A stretch of 63,415 nt of DNA, filler included, from Folioceros fuciformis (taxonomy: Eukaryota), in the NCBI GenBank assembly GCA_049999805.1. It is 8 parts of 8 records of this genome, joined end to end, with 100 filler letters (N's around TTAATTAATTAA, not from the genome) between each part and the next. Parts side by side here need not be neighbours in the genome. Positions count along the whole stretch, not along the records: positions 59,528 to 63,415 come from JBNGIO010003435.1; 7 more parts are not named here. The stretch is one strand, 5' to 3'. Shown here piece after piece: positions 62,521 to 63,415 of this stretch. The stretch's first letter is position 1, and the number at the start of each line of letters is the position of its first letter. The notes below the pieces were generated by a model that saw only the letters and a program-made list of their open reading frames with translations, had not been told where the DNA came from and did no database searches. The translations under genes were made by a program, and so were the position numbers.

Positions 62521-63415
62521 GGATAGGCTACGGACAGTTGCCTGGCAACATGGAGAAGATGAAGGAGACGGTCAGTATACGTCAGGGCTGCGAATGAAAC
62601 AAACTCGCATCGATATCACTCGTTTTCAAACTACACAAGAAATAGACGTAATTGTCTGTGATTGAACACGCAGTTATATTGGATAATACGTAATGTTGTC
62701 ACAGCAGTGGGATGAAACCTACCTGTCCACTCGGCAGAGCTGCATAGCCCACATAATTCTGCATAAAGATGATGCCTACCCCAATACTGTTCCATACCTG
62801 AGCTGGATTCCTAGATCATGCATAACCAAAGCCAGCCAAACCTGGTACCATCGGAAGTTTTATCTTCTCCATCCAGCCAGTCCACTGGTTATGATCAAAA
62901 AGCACTGTCGTCTCCAGTTTATTAATAGATTTGGTATTCTCTCGCAACCCAAGGACTGAAAACTTGCCAGGGCGGCAACTCAGCTGAATATTTGAATGTT
63001 GTTTAAGTATGCAAATAGGTGTCGCTTCACTATTCAGCCCAGCTGCCCTTGCATTGCAATACACGGAGGCGGGCGCTAATCATACGTATCAGCATTCTAT
63101 TCAACGCCGGCAAATACCGGAAGGCACCACGATCAAGACACGACAATGGGTGCCATTTTCCACATCTAGAGAACGACGAGTTCTGCTCTCCACCTAACAC
63201 GGCTCATCACCGTCTACATCCCTGGCATCGGTGCTGCGTACCCCACCGTTTACATCACCATCGCTAGCACAACAGCTCCGGCGACACTCGCCAGGCCTGC
63301 CTTGACCGAGCCCGCAAAGTTCTGGGGAGGAGAAGCTGGCGGCTGGACAGTGCGAGCGGGAGGAGGGCTGGCACGAGTGGACGGCGGGGTGGCAATGGGG
63401 GGACTAGCACGAGGG

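Overview
Eukaryotic, seed-free land-plant nuclear DNA. A hornwort is the best guess (inference from a DYW:KP PPR gene, 70-130 bp introns and compact GC-rich genes). The window is not contiguous: seven 100-bp linkers (N44-TTAATTAATTAA-N44) join eight independent scaffolds. Genes reconstructed by eye: a PHD+BAH chromatin protein, an AT-rich multi-pass membrane protein, a divergent AUX1/LAX transporter, chloroplast ATP synthase gamma, UVR8, a GH3 beta-glucosidase, a class-3 lipase, a PLS-PPR DYW:KP editing-factor candidate, a DCC thiol-disulfide oxidoreductase, ESF2 (3' part), a small plastid membrane protein, a root-cap-domain protein and a phytocyanin (5' part). Decayed Copia, LINE and RLE-type retroelements are also present. 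Most interesting: (1) the DYW:KP PPR gene has unannotated upstream exons encoding a targeting peptide and an OSB-type PDF ssDNA-binding-like motif; (2) a decayed stretch at ~25.7-26.7 kb has Mononegavirales L-polymerase-like motifs in the correct order (candidate endogenous RNA virus); (3) a miR408 target site in the phytocyanin; (4) an AUX1/LAX paralogue with an altered TM1/TM6 pocket. Family assignments come from remembered motifs; no database searches were run.
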